The position numbers and the translations under genes are program-made. A stretch of DNA of 64,000 nucleotides from Novakomyces olei (taxonomy: Eukaryota): assembly GCA_016906335.1 (NCBI GenBank), contig JADEYG010000007.1, forward strand, positions 682,001-746,000, given 5' to 3'. The notes beneath the pieces were generated by a model. The model was not told the DNA's origin. It ran no database searches and saw nothing but the letters and a program-made list of their open reading frames with translations. Each line of letters starts with the position of its first letter. Position 1 is the first letter of the stretch. Below, piece after piece: positions 41,072 to 55,263 of the stretch.

Positions 41072-41190
41072 AATCAGCAATCTATTCAAATCAGCAATCT
41101 ATTCAAATCAGCAATCTATTCAAATCAGCAATCTATTCAAATCAGCAATCTATTCAAATCAGCAATCTATTCAGATCAGCAATCTATTCA
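41072..41190. repeat. 17-bp tandem repeat AATCAGCAATCTATTCA, 7 copies
   Basis: Six perfect copies and one single-mismatch copy, with degenerate copies back to about 41025. The array abuts the ATG at 41192. Confidence 0.95.
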
Positions 41191-41191
41191 A

Positions 41192-42520
41192 ATGAACAAC
41201 ATGGCAACGCCAACGACGCAAGCAGACAGAGCAGAGCCGAACGTTTCTGGCAAGTCTTTCTTTTTGTTATAAATTTGCCAATTCCTTTTAGTTTTAATCC
41301 ATTTATTTTTAATTTAGGTTTAATTTATTCTTAATTGACTTTTCTAACTGTTATACAGCCAGTTTCACAAGTCCGCGACCCGAATCCACAATACCGTTTA
41401 ATATCGCCCACCGTGGATTTAAAGCACTTTACCCGGAAAACACACTTTTGGCCTTTGATAAGGCCGTGCAATCTGGTGCAAACGGCATTGAATTGGATGT
41501 GCATCCCAGCAAAGACGGGGTAGTCGTAGTCGCTCACGATGTTGATTTGAGCCGTGTGTTCGGACAGAAAGGAAATGTCGCTGATTATGTCTGGAAAGGC
41601 GAGCTCGATACTTTTACCTCAATCCAACCGCCTCACCAGCATATCCCTACATTGGAGCAGGTTCTGCAGCGCTTTCGCAGCGATGAGCGATACGCTGGTC
41701 GCTGGTTGCTGATTGACGTGAAAGTGGAGAATAAAGTGTCTATTATCAGTCAAATACGCGACGCTTTGACTGCGATTGAGCCCGATCTGAGCTACTGGGC
41801 CAACCGAGTGATTATTGGCATCTGGCACCCCAAGTTTCTTCCGGTATTTACTAGATTAAAATATTCAATTATGAATTTGATTAATTTTCTGTCGGCTTTA
41901 CTGATATTTCCAGTTTTGCGAACAATTTCTGCCGATGCTGGCGATAACGGTATTTTGCTAATATGACTATACATTCTTACAACAGAATATCACGCCTCTT
42001 TTGTGGTACGCGCGACGGCACTTTTTATATAATCCACAAAGTATGTGAGACGAAACATTGGGTTCGCATACTAATCTCTACTTTAATTATTTTCTTCTTG
42101 TTCAGTTTCCTCCTTCAATATTCTCGTGACCTGTCTGACTTCGCCGGACGGCCGCGATTTTGTGCGTGAGGCTCAAGCGCTGGGAAAGACATGCTTTGCT
42201 TGGACTGTCAACACGAATCAGCAGATGAGGTGAGGGAAAGCTGATTGTACGTTCTGAGCTGATATCTCAATTTTATTTAGACTCGTAATGAGCCTAGGAA
42301 TGGATGCTATTCTAACGGATGACCCGAGCCTTTGCAATGAGTAAGAGCAAATGTGTTTTTTCTTGACTTACACATTATTAGAGTACGAGCGGAACCGCCA
42401 CAGAAATACGACGATATTATGAGAAATATGAGCTGGTCCGAGAGTTTGAGGCTGGCGTTTGAGCGGGCGTCTGTGATTGCCCTTGCGTCTTATAAGTTTT
42501 TTAGTATAGACGATGACTAG
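41192..42520 (+). CDS. PGC1: Glycerophosphodiester phosphodiesterase (Pgc1-like), 7 exons
   Basis: IAHRGFKALYPENTLLAF...GIELDVH..KDG..VVAHD...LIDVK...IGIWHPKFL...FAWTVN...DAILTDDP. The first intron is GC-AG. Confidence 0.82.
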
Positions 42521-42894
42521 CGCGGTTGGGGCACGCGGTGGAGGTAAAGTTTTAGATATCGTCAGCGCAAAAAGACTGAGTATTTTTTTTCTGTAATCCT
42601 TGGCTATTAATTTCCAATGCCGTATGACGTGGATAGAAAAAGTATCTTTCCGACTGAATCCATTATCCTTTTCTATGCTTCTGGTCAGTCCAAGTATTAT
42701 TGCGATCAATGTGTTTGATCCTATCAAACAGCGCAAGTATGTAAATCAAAGCTAGAAGCTTGACATTACAATATACATCCTGTAGGCTTGCTGGCAATAC
42801 TGCTTGTCAGGCTGCACTAAGCTGCAAATACTAAACGAAACATGCATGGACCAAGATTATTGAGAGAGGCAATGCAATCAGACAATTCGATTAG

Positions 42895-43157
42895 ACGCGT
42901 GCACTGCTCTATTTATATTATTCCCTAATCAACACAGTCACGTAAACGAGACATGTACGCGTAAAACAGTATGTGTGTAAATAAACATGGGGAAATTGCC
43001 AAAGTATTTATATATGTGAATATTCGATTACACCCAAGTAATAATATAGATAAGCTAAACTGTAGCATCACGCAAAACCAAGCACAAAAATAAGCACACA
43101 TTCTCTATGAAATATCAACTCTAATTATCCATGTTTATTTATCAGAGCCCTAACCCT
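42895..43157 (+). promoter_or_regulatory. Histone promoter: two MCB (ACGCGT) and an AACCCT box
   Basis: ACGCGT at 42895 and 42957; ATCAGAGCCCTAACCCT at 43141-43157, resembling the fission-yeast histone AACCCT box. Confidence 0.7.
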
Positions 43158-43180
43158 GGATTGATGTAAAAATCATATAA

Positions 43181-43555
<375 letters not shown>

Positions 43556-44014
43556 AAGCCTTTCAAAACTCAATTTTGATGGCTCGTACATGAAATTACA
43601 ATAAGACGAATTCAAAGTTTTTATGCGATAGTTATATATCGGGAAGTTTGCAGTCTGTATGTACGTCACAATCGGCGACGAAGCCAGTCTGATACAGTCG
43701 ATGACGATGGCAATTATACCGTCTCTTGTTTCCTCACCCGTTTTTTTTGTATCTTGGGCATGGATGGATTTGCGTTAATATCATTTGGTTCAACAAGAGG
43801 ATAAATTTCAAAAATAAAATAAGCCATCTTACATAGTAAGTAGTAGTTTACATAGAGAACAATATTTAGCGTAGCAGACTAATTATAGTATAATTTTAAA
43901 GTAAATTTTGGAAGCAATGTAGATGAATCCTTGGATTGTAGAGCTCTAAATTAGAGCTGGGATTGGCACAACTACAAACTAAAATATAACCAAAAGCTGT
44001 GATAATTCAAGCTC

Positions 44015-45088
44015 ATGGCAGACAATGTGTTTCTTGATCCAACGCTGCTACAACAGTTGCAGCAGGATAGCGAGCATGAAACGGCAGTTCGCGATGTACG
44101 GTTTGAATTTTTGAAATTCGCTATTGCTAATGACAAGTCTTTGCGCGAATCATTGCAGTCGCTAGAAGGCAGTCTGCGCCAAGTCTCGGCGTACACCAGC
44201 CGTGTACATTCAGTGCCGGAGCAACATTGTAAGAATTCTACAAGATTGAGTCAATGCAGAAAATAAATTTGACCGGCAGAAGAAGCAAACATACATCAAA
44301 TTTGAAACCAAAAAAAAAATAAAAAAAATAAAAAGTAAAAAATAAAAAACAAGGCTTTAAGACTAGAATGAACAAAGATAAATGAAAAAGCATCTATATC
44401 TCGGTCGCCTGGCAAGCAAAAACCAATGAACTCTTATCAGAAGCTTACCACATAGTGCCGTCTTTGATTGAAGGACTTGCACCCACTTTTCGCCAAGTGC
44501 AAACAGATCTGGGCAGGTTACGTACAGTCGCGGATCCTTTACCTTATTATCGCTATAACAATATGTGGTCTCACAGTGTGCAGGCGGCATGCAGCACCGT
44601 TATCCTTATTTTCGCTCTTGGCTTCCAATTGCCTGCACCAAATGAAAAAGGCACTAAAACTGTACCGCAAATGACTCTGGTGCCGATTGAAACGGTGGGC
44701 AACATTCTTGGAGGTGGGTCTTTTGTTCACTGCAAAACACTAATTCAAAGTCCCCGCCAATGCTAAAGAGGTTTTTTGCATTACTATTGAAGAGTACTTG
44801 CATGCAGTAATTTCCGTTATCAACGATTTAGCCCGATTATGTGTGAATTGTGTCACAATGGGCGATTATGAGCGACCTAGCGCTATAATGCAGCTGGTCA
44901 AAAACTTACATGCCGCATTTCAGCTGCTAAACTTGAAAAATGATTCCCTACGCCGGCGCTTTGATTCGATAAAGTACGATGTGAAAAAGACAGAAGAGGG
45001 TAGGCTGAGGATTCGTGTTGCTTTTTTATTAATTCGAGCAGTAAATTACGATCTCGCTATTCATGGGCTATTACCAAAGACTGCTTGA
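44015..45088 (+). CDS. TSN1: Translin, 4 exons
   Basis: PYYRYNNMW...HYTIEEYLHAVISVINDLARLCVNCVTMGDY...FQLLNLKNDSLRRRFDSIKYDVKK. Confidence 0.92.
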
Positions 45089-45307
45089 CGCTGAAATTGC
45101 CCTAGTGTTTGAATATTACAAAGCTTATGACGTCTAATTCCATATTTGGACCAAAAATATATCATTTGAGTCTGCAAGAATGATAATAGGGAGTAGATTT
45201 TACATTTCAGCCTGATCGGTTACAATTGTGTTGTTATTCAAGTCTTTTCTACTTCAAACAATACTGTTAAACATATTGTACATGTATTAAAATAAAAAAT
45301 CTAAATT

Positions 45308-46783
45308 CTATAAATTAACTCCATCCCTTCCCTGATCGACCCTTTTTCCAGCATCAATCTCGCGTTGCTTCAAGGCAACATTAATCTCCCGTAAATTCCG
45401 ACGCTCTGGACCCCAAAACAAAGGCAGAAACCGTCCGCCTGCTTCCTTACATTGACGGTGGATTTCATTTGAATACTCTGCATCTTCAGGGTACCCTAGC
45501 TTATGGTACGCAAACCCGTCACCTCTTTCACGTACACGTGCATCTTCTTGTGCGTACATGTAATCGTACGAAGGCAATTTTAATCGACCGGTCCAGAGAT
45601 TTGCAAGGTAACAGCCTTGCGTTTGAGCCAGAGGAAAAGGCACAACACTCCTCGGCAAACAGGCAATAGCCAGCGATGGATCAGGTATAAAGACAAGCTG
45701 CTGGAAAAGAGAACGGACTCGACCGCCCCGACTAACTAGCCGATTATCACCATATTTTTGAGGACTTACATGGACACTGCGAAGCACTGAAAGCTCTTGA
45801 TCGTAGCCGGTCGCAAGGACTATACAGTCGAGCGGAGGCAATTGCCGGCCGTCTACCAGTCGCGCAGATCGATCTTGGATATCAAACTCTGCTACTGGCG
45901 GAATTTCTGCAAACTGTCCCTTTTTATAAGCCTGCTTGGGCGATTCACGCCCACTAACAAATACTTTGCCGCCTGCTTTATTTAAGAACTGTGCAGCCTG
46001 TGTAGCGATATCCAGACCAGAAGGACCATTGCCAATCACAAGTATGGAGCTTTTCCCTTCGAAAATATCGTGAGTATCATAATACTTTGAGTGCAAAACG
46101 AGATTAGGATAACGGCCAATCAGTCCAGAAAGCCCAGGAATATCAGGCAGCAAAGGCCGTTCATAATTCCCACTAGCAATAATAACATAATCAAAAGTCT
46201 CTGTTCGAGGAGTTTTAGCATCTGCTTCAAGGCTCTGTAGAGTTAGGGTCCATTTGTTTGTACCAGTTTTGCAGCAATCCAACACCTCGGTTTCAAGTGT
46301 AACAAGATCGGCAACGTCCTTTGTGTAACGTTGCACATACTCCAACATGCCCTCGCGCGTGGGGAAAAGCGATGGCTGTTCTGCAATTTCTTTGTCAGTG
46401 TAAGGCAGATCAGGCAGCTCGTACAACCGGTACGTTAAATTGCCCTTGAGTTTATTGTACATGGGACTTGGAAAGGAGCCAGATTTGATGGTTTGACCCG
46501 GAAAATCAAATTGAGATTTCCAGTAGTTTGTAACAACCCCAGGGACCTTGTCACTATTGGTTTCATAGTACCAGATACCGCCAATGGCTCGGCGCCGCTC
46601 GAAAACGCTAATACGAAAAGCGCTTTCTTCCCTCAGCGCTTTGGCGATAATTAGACCCGTAGCTGTTAATTGCAGTTAGCGAACCAATCCAACGAAAAAT
46701 AAAATAAGTAGCAAAAAGTTTAAGACATCGAGTCTAATCAACTTACCACCGCCACCAATAATAGCGACAGAGGGCTTTTCCAT
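45308..46783 (-). CDS. FMO1: Flavin-containing monooxygenase, 2 exons
   Basis: VAIIGGG|ATG FAD motif, FERRRAIGGIW, SPMY, LHSKYY fingerprint, VIGNGPSG NADPH motif, ATGY. Confidence 0.9.
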
Positions 46784-47113
46784 CGTTGCAAAGGAATAGC
46801 GATGTGCAGCAATTTATTGCCGGGTCTCGTAATTATTGGATAATCATTATAATTCGTTATTATATCACGATAACAAATTAGATTTGCATGTGCCTGAATC
46901 GCTGTATATAATGATACCGAAGCAATTCGCAGATACGCGTTTCAAACGCTGGCAGTTCGAGTCCAGCGATAATATTTGCATTATAAATAGCAACAAGTAA
47001 ATATATGTATATTTGATAAAAAGCTGAAACAAGCAATTGGGCTGAATACGTATAAATATTTTCACATATTAAACATAATTAGTATGTAGAAGAGGCAACG
47101 ACTGCAATGTACA

Positions 47114-48345
47114 ATGGAGTCACTCGGAGACCGCATTCGCGTCTTTGACGCATTCGTATGCCCAAAAAATATTCAGAATGAATAGCAATATCGAGCTGAC
47201 TTTTCAGCCTAAAATTGACCCGTCTTATGAACGACGCTCACGGTCCCCTGCGGATTATCTCGTCTACGCAGTGCCTGCGTTTTTCGTGTTGATGATTTGG
47301 ATCAACGAAGTGGTCTCTATTGCCAATGGTGTTCAAAGCTACGATATAAGCGTTGATCCTGTTGTTAATGATGCCATGTTTGTAAACCTGGAAATGACGG
47401 TAGCAATGCCGTGTGAGATGCTCGCCATTAATGTTATGGATGCTACTGGCGAGTATATTTTGGCAACTGACGCATTTCGTCTCGAGGGGGTAAATACTTT
47501 TCTTTGCTAATCATTATTGATTAGTTTTACAGACAACTTTTGATGCCAGTAATGCGGTTCCTTTTGCTGAGCATAATCGGAAGGGCGATGCAGAGGAAAA
47601 ACAATTTCTAAGTGGCTCCATGTCGTATGGATTAATGGAGGCTAAAATCGACCTCGGCCATGATATGCCAGCATGCCGTATTATTGGCCAGACTCAAGTC
47701 CACATGGTACAGGGTGATTTGCATATTACTCCTCGAAATCGCGGCTTTTCGGGACCGCGCTTGGATCCTGCAAAGTTTAATTTTACTCATTTAATTCACG
47801 ATATTTCTTTCGGACCTTACTTTACTGGAGTAGAAAGGCCTTTGACTAATGTTATTGGAGTTGCCAGTGAGCGTATGTTGAGCCTTTGTTGAAAATTTCT
47901 TATTGTTTTGATTCATTATAATTGTATATTATTGTATTTTCTTCCTTTGTATCTGCCGCGTTTATATTCATGTCTAAACAACCCATTTCTAACAGCAGCC
48001 ATGTATCGTTTTCAATATTTCACTTCGCTGGTGCGTACAGTTTTTCGCACAACACTCTATGACGTTGACACCTTTCAATACAGCGCGGCTGAGCAGTCCC
48101 TCGCATTGTCGCGCAATGCCGTTCCAGGCATCTTTTTCCGCTATGATATTGAACCTTTACTTCTTACCGTCTCATACTCGAATATGTCTGTGCGGCAATT
48201 AATGCTCCGTACTCTTGGTATCTTTGGATTCTTTATCGGCGCTGCCGAATTTTTTTGGAAGCTTCTCGTCGTCCCTCGACTTGGCTCGGATTCTGATAGA
48301 TCCGAGGGAATCTTGGGTGCTCGAAATAACGAATCCAAGGAGTGA
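47114..48345 (+). CDS. ERV41: COPII vesicle protein Erv41 (ERGIC2-like), 4 exons
   Basis: IRVFDAF|PK, MTVAMPC, ACRIIG...VQGDLHIT, NFTHLIHDISFGPYF...PL, FQYF, VPGIFFRYDIEPL. Confidence 0.88.
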
Positions 48346-49438
48346 ACTGATGATACCCAATTTTTGGCTTTTTGCCTTGGACAAATGAATATTGGATAGA
48401 GAACAAATTGGTTTAAAATAGGTTGATATTAGAACAAGCGGGAAATTGTTACCGCTGTTGTGCACACTGTCATTTGCTACGTTCTTCGTACCTTCTTTTA
48501 AACCCATAGCGCTCGGCCTGGTTGTGACGGCCAGGTTGTGAAACAACGCAAAATCTAACAGTTATGGAGGAAAAGCATACCATACGCAGATTTGGGCTCG
48601 ATAGACGAAGCGTTCTAATTCTAAGGTAATATTCAAGACCGTGTCGCTGATGCAGCCTTGCTTTCAACTACTACAAAATGTTTGCTTGAAATTATACATA
48701 TCATTAGGCCAAGGCACGTTAATGACCAATTTCTTATCCTTAAATAATACAATGATTTGACTATAAAACTAGCGAGAAACACTTCCGATAAAGTGGGAAA
48801 GGCTCAAAAGCATCTCTTTAACTCAAATTTGAATGATCAAACCCACGTGCATCGATTACGTAATCTGAATTCTATTTCATTTACGCGGCTCCATTCTCGT
48901 TTTTTCAAATAGGCGCGTAGAATTAGAGTATTGGACAAGTAATAGGACCGAGAATTCTAGAGAATACCCAAAGTGCCCCAACAGTCCTCAAAGTAATATT
49001 ATTGTAACTGCACCCTGACATGAGCCATATCTCATATTATTTTGTTCGCTATATTAAGACTGCCTTATGCAGCGAGCAAATACCCTTGTATTACTCAATT
49101 AATCATACCCCGGCTAACTCGCTCGAACCGGCCTCGGATGAAAAACAGCCGGACCAGGAATCCAAGGATTTCTCCCAATTGACTTGGGCCCTACATGCCC
49201 ATTGTGGGGCTACGACGTGGGTGCGGATGGCCCGGAAAGGTACCGGATGACCTATGCCGTTATTCCGCAGAAGTAAATACTTGTTTATATGTGTATTTGC
49301 AGTACTATAAAGATCATCTATGCAATGATATAATGTTGTTTTTAGTTTCATAAATTTATCCATCCATACGTAAGAGAATATATATATATAAATAAAATAC
49401 CCAACCCCATTTCCTGTAAAAAATCCACACAGACAAAC

Positions 49439-51268
49439 ATGGTGACCACATTGGCTCGCTCTCTTCGTTCTGGCGCACGCTTACCTGCTGCCTCTGCAGC
49501 AGCTAAAGCCGTCGCTGCGAATGGTGCTCGCGCATATTCTGCCCGGGTGCCTTCGCTCAAGGATCGTCTTACGGAGTTAATTCCGGAGCGCCAGGAAGAG
49601 GTCAAGGCACTGCGTGCGGCTCATGGATCCTCATCCCTTGGCGAGGTTACATTGGATATGGTATGTTTGCTATAGCATTGGACGTCGAGGCTTCACTGTT
49701 ATCCTGCAAAGGCTATTTTGGTCTAACTTTGTCTCCTACTAATGCCTTGTTCGCTATTGGTGTCTTTATTTCCTCTACGAATCAATTCATTATGACAAAT
49801 TAGTAATGTGTGCGTATTGTTTATTTGGATATATATATATATTTTTTGCATTGTATATAATAAATATGCGTATTTATGTTATACGTATATTTAATATGTA
49901 ATGATGCAGTCATATTGACCACACTTCATCGAGCAGTCTAATTTTATTCGTTTCTTATTGATTAATATTGATGTTGATATTTTTATGTTTATTACCATTG
50001 CCCTTGCGATAGTCCGTGCATCAGTCGTCTAATGAATTACGCGCTTAATTGTTCGATTCGATTGCTAACAAGTTAAGGTCTATGGCGGTATGCGCGGTAT
50101 CAAAGGCCTCGTTTGGGAGGGCTCCGTGCTCGATCCAAACGAAGGTATCCGCTTCCGTGGTCTGACTATCCCCGACTGCCAAGAGCAATTGCCAAAAGCT
50201 CCAGGTGGTCAGGAACCCCTACCAGAGGCCCTTTACTGGCTGTTGGTAACGGGCGAAGTTCCAACTGAGGAGCAGGTTCGCAGCCTCTCTGCCGAGTGGG
50301 CCGAGCGTGCTCAGATCCCCAAATTTATCGAGGAGCTGATCGACCGTTGCCCTAACACTCTCCACCCGATGGCCCAGTTTGCTCTTGCTCTCAATGCCTT
50401 GGAGCACGAGTCCGCCTTCGCCAAGGCTTATGAGCGCGGCACCAACAAGAAGGAGTTTTGGAAGTTTGTGTTCGAGGATGCGCAAGACGTGATCGCCAAG
50501 TTGCCAGCTATCGCAGGCCGCATCTACCGCAACTTGTACCGTGATGGCAAGGTCGCCCCCATCCAAAAAGACAAGGATTACGCCTGGAATTTGAGCAATA
50601 TTCTCGGGTTTTCCGAAAACGCGGAGTTTAATGAGCTGCTCCGTTTGTACTTGACCATCCACTCTGACCACGAGGGCGGTAACGTCTCTGCTCACACCTC
50701 TCACTTGGTTGGCTCAGCTCTTTCCTCGCCTATGTACTCCTTTGCAGCTGCCCTCAACGGTCTGGCTGGCCCTCTACACGGACTGGCCAACCAGGAGGTG
50801 TTGCGCTGGATCTTTAGGATGAAGGAGAACATTGGCACAGACGTGACCAAGAAGGACATTGAGGATTACTTGTGGCAGACTCTCCGCTCTGGTCAAGTAG
50901 TACCAGGCTATGGCCATGCTGTACTCCGCAAGACTGATCCTCGGTACATGGCTCAGCGTCAATTTGCTCTCAAGCACTTGCCTGACGATCCCTTGTTCAA
51001 GCTGGTCTCCCTGGTTTACGAAGTAGCACCGGGCGTTTTGACTGAGCATGGAAAGACCAAAAACCCTTACCCGAACGTGGATGCTCATTCTGGTGTGCTT
51101 TTGCAGCATTACGGTTTGACTGAGCAGCACTACTATACTGTGCTGTTTGGCGTTTCCCGTGCTCTTGGCTGCATGTCCCAGCTTATCTGGGATCGTGCTT
51201 TGGGTCTGCCTATCGAGCGCCCCAAGTCGTTCTCGACCAAGGCACTGTACAAGATGTTTAACAAATAA
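49439..51268 (+). CDS. CIT1: Mitochondrial citrate synthase, 2 exons
   Basis: Presequence; intron 49661-50077; [58 protein letters not shown]. Confidence 0.98.
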
Positions 51269-51479
51269 GCCAGCTGGCTTGTTACAGGTGGTTGTTGATT
51301 TTTTAGTCCCAGTACGCTAATTGCGCTACTTGCTGTCATGAAGCAATATCCCAACATACATGAATTGACCCGTTGTTAACTAATTGTGCTTTGGAGAAAC
51401 GACGTAGAAAAGTGCTGTAGATTGAGATCACTATAGAGGCGATATCTGTCATAATTTCGGTTTAGTCCAAGGACGACAT

Positions 51480-51494
51480 AATAATAATAATAAC

Positions 51495-51540
<46 letters not shown>
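51480..51540. repeat. (AAT)n microsatellite
   Basis: About 20 AAT units with one AAC interruption. Confidence 0.95.
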
Positions 51541-52255
51541 TATATAAAATTAATCCGAATCTGCACCGAATGCATGGGCTTTGTAATACTGTAGCAACGT
51601 GGTGACGACGATAAGAGTGCAGCTGTACATTCTTAAAGTTGAAACTGCCTTCAACCTGCATTGATCTAAACCTTTGAATTTCAGTTTGCTGTCTGTATAA
51701 AGGATGTTTTTGCTCTAAAACAATTCGCATTCAATTCAATTGAACGCCCGCTCAACTGTATCCAGCACATTATATCTCGGAAACGCCAAGAGCTTGAAGG
51801 TAAGAATCGTGACATATCCAGGCTTAGCACATAACCTTAAGAGATTGTTTGGCTGTCGTAACCATCGCATTGTTCTGCTTTGTTGCTTCATAAGTTTCAA
51901 GTTTTTATCTAATCATACACAGTTCACAATTCCGTGCTTGCGCTCCACCCTTCGTGAACAGTCGCTCTGAACTGTGCGGAAAACTCATTATACACGGGTA
52001 CAAGGTCCAAAATATTGGTGCTTTTCTCATTGCCCAAGGACCGCCATTCAATACTGTGGTGCGGAAATATTACAGGGCAGCTGAAGGATTACAAGTTACC
52101 GTGTACGTACCTGTTTTGCCTCCATTTGACTTGAGCGGGCCTTTAAAGTAAAGTGCAACTTGGGGCTCATTCGTTTCCCGCATTTTATCTCGCTACGCTC
52201 GTTTCGATAGTCTCTTTGAATTACAACGTTCTGTCTGCGGGCTATCTCGACCACA

Positions 52256-54606
52256 ATGGATCCGATAGTACTCAGTGCACGTGACGGAGAGTGCGTGAAC
52301 CAGGTATGCATTTCTATTTGACAAATATACATGTTGGATGAATCTAAGCAACAGAGCGTGTTCCTCGTCTACGGCCGCTGTGGACCAGAACGGGGTGACG
52401 GTAGTGTACGCGTCCATCATGAAGACGGACACTTTCCTCCTCAAGTTTGGCCTTGTACAGACTCTCATGTATGTTGGAATTTCAGCACTGACTGGCCTTC
52501 GTTGTCTATCAATCCTCTATAGTCTTTTGATTCCATTTTCCAATTTCAACTAACATGTTTGCCTGTCCAAATCTTATTATTTTATCTAGTCTAGTTTTCA
52601 CTCTAGTTTAATTCTTTTTTTTCTTTTTTTGTCAATTTTTTAGTTTGGTTTTTAATTTAATTTAATTTTTGTTTTTAATATCTGTTTTCAGTTTTTTAAT
52701 TCGGAATTCTCGTCTTTGATTTTATAAATCTGAACTTCTATTTCGCAATTTCAATATTATTTTCCATTTCATTAACATATCCAGTTCAAGGCACTGATTC
52801 ATCTTGTACCTGGCTACAATGTCCTTTACTTCACAAACATTACTACTGGCCGCTACTGTCTGTTGCGTCTAGAAATGCAAAAGCAAGCAGCCCCACCCCT
52901 GCATTTGGCACTATTTTTAGCACGAGATTCTCCCGCTACCTTTGACTGCCCTGAAAGACCGCGCGCAGCGGATGGGAACGTCAAGCCTCCCCCACCACCA
53001 AATCTGTCGTTGGCAAGTAGTAAGCTGAGAATGGCAGCTTATCTATGGCAAGCCTTTACCGGTGAGCAAATGCTCAGAAGCGGATTCGGAAGACGCTGCT
53101 TCCAGCTCGATGAAAGTGAATCTTTGCCTCTTTCTCGACAGCCCCATTGTTTTTCTTATAAAGTGCCTCGAATACACATTCTACGAAGTAAAAGATCACT
53201 GAGTGAAATACGTGATCCTGAAGTGGCCCAGCAGAATCCTCATGGAAGCCGTCGCGGTGATTTGTACGGGTACGTTGCCGATGCATTACGGGAATATGGA
53301 GGACCGTTTTCCGAGAGCAATGCTCATAGCGATGGACATGTGCGAGTAGCCGTATTGTTGCTCGATGCCCACTTTGATACAAAGAGGCATTTGATCTTGG
53401 GCCATGCAGCACTGGGCGGTGGTGCTGGCCATTTGAATTTTGGTATTTTTGGTAGTCATAATCTGTATACTTTTCCCACGTACATGGAGGACGTGGTGCC
53501 TGCTGTAAGAAAAGTGCTTATATTTTTATTAATTTATGTATTCATACTGATCTTAGTTTCTTGACAGCACGCCTACCGGACGAGACTTTGCCAACGACAA
53601 CAATGAGGCAGGATCCAACTGGGAAAACGCAAATATTGGTATAGGGGCTTTCCTACATGAAACAGGCCACGCCTTGGACTGTCCTCATGAGCCTGATGGA
53701 GTAATGCTTCGCTCTTATACAGTTTTTAACCGGACTTTTCTTTGCTTTGAGCCCTATAGTACACGCACACATAAACAAGCACCCCGACCGCTGCTGCAGC
53801 GCGATGAGTGCGGCTGGCACCGACTCGATTTAGTGCGTTTCTTATACAATCCTCTTTTCCGGAATGGCAGTGATCCTTCATTGATCGGGTACTTGAATGG
53901 TCCAGCGACTGCAGTGTTGCCTTTACCAGACGGAGCCATTTTATTGCGGTCAGCGGGAATAATCTTGGTAGAAATATTTTCCGGCGATGATGATTTATGT
54001 AGGGCATCGTACGAATACGCATTGCAGCCGAGTGAGCAAGTTTTCTTGGTGGAACACGAATTAAGAACAAGAGCTCGTCTGCCCTCGGGACGGCTACGCC
54101 TGCGAATAGTCACGGCGGCTTTACGCAATGACTATATTAATGATTTTGCAGAGGCAGCAAGAGCCAACAAAATCCGTGGCTATCTTGCCAGCCAGGCTGT
54201 AGGTCAACAGGGTCAGCAGGGAGCCAAATTTGTATTAATCTTTGATAAGTCTCAGCTAGCTCGGGTACGGATTCGATCTGGAGCAGCATTAGACGGGATT
54301 GCCCTCGAGACTGTCAGCCGATCTGATGATAACAATAGATGCGGTGGTAATGGAGGCAGTGAGTCCCATTTTAACCTTGATTATCAGACTGGAGAGAAAT
54401 TGGCCGCTGTCCGTGTGCGAGCAGGGTTCTGGGTCGATGGCGTTGAGTTTACTACAACCAAGGGGATAACGACTCCGTTCTTGGGCAATGCCAGTGACGG
54501 ACAGCCTTATGATCTTTCGCCGCCTGAAGGATATGAGATTTGTGGGCTGCATGGGACAGCTGGTGCGTTTGTGGATTCTATTGGTATTATTTACCGGCCG
54601 ATATGA
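52256..54606 (+). CDS. Putative zinc metallopeptidase with C-terminal jacalin-like lectin domain (YIL108W-like), 4 exons
   Basis: FKALIHLVPG, KLRMAAYLWQAFTGEQM, GHAALGGG, HETGH (HExxH), GGNGG and VRAGFWVDGVEF jacalin motifs. Confidence 0.88.
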
Positions 54607-55212
54607 TAGATGAGAATACGCTTACAGTCGGACTAAAACTACATAGAGCTTTTAAATGATTAGGGATTAGATTTAGGGTTATTAACCCTTTATACCACGC
54701 GGACAAGGTGGCAAGGATGGATGAATGGGTCTACAGCCCAAGAATATACTACATGTACGCTATTTTCACTGTTTCGATAGCATGATCCAACCAACTAGAC
54801 CTGTAGTCAAGAAGCCGGTTTGAGTAGCATCCTTGTGTCTATTAAAAATGTAAGGTATATAAGCGTTGTTGATTGCAAAGAGCCAGCAAGAGAGAAGAAG
54901 AAAGTATTCAGGCGTCAATCCAATACAACAGAGGTGCCATTGAGAGTATAAAGCATAATCCAAAACTTTGACATAATGCAAACCTTTGACACCAAGGCCG
55001 TATCGTCTCTGGACACATTTTTGGGCTACTTTATGTCAATATTCAGATTCTTTCGGCTGCACAGATCTGCGACAATTAGTATATTCTATATTACTTCGTA
55101 TGCTGATAATACTACGCAGTTTCTCGGACAAGCAATATAAATTTACTGTGAACGCATGATTCGAAAAATAAACCAGAGTAATTATAACCTAAACCTCAAG
55201 ATAGATAATCCA

Positions 55213-55263
55213 ACGCGCGATTGGTTTAACCCTCGCGACGCGGTGAATTAATTAGCGACGCGT
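55213..55263 (+). promoter_or_regulatory. MCB-like CGCG cluster upstream of the Whi5/Stb1-like gene
   Basis: ACGCGCGA, TCGCGACGCG and ACGCGT within 50 bp. Confidence 0.6.

Noticed and set aside
49661-50077. Intronic snoRNAs in the long introns of CIT1, PRE5, PMP3 and SFA1
   Set aside because: No convincing paired C/D or H/ACA boxes found by eye; would need snoscan/Infernal.
51449-51730. 93-aa ORF with poly-Leu
   Set aside because: Translation of the (AAT)n microsatellite.
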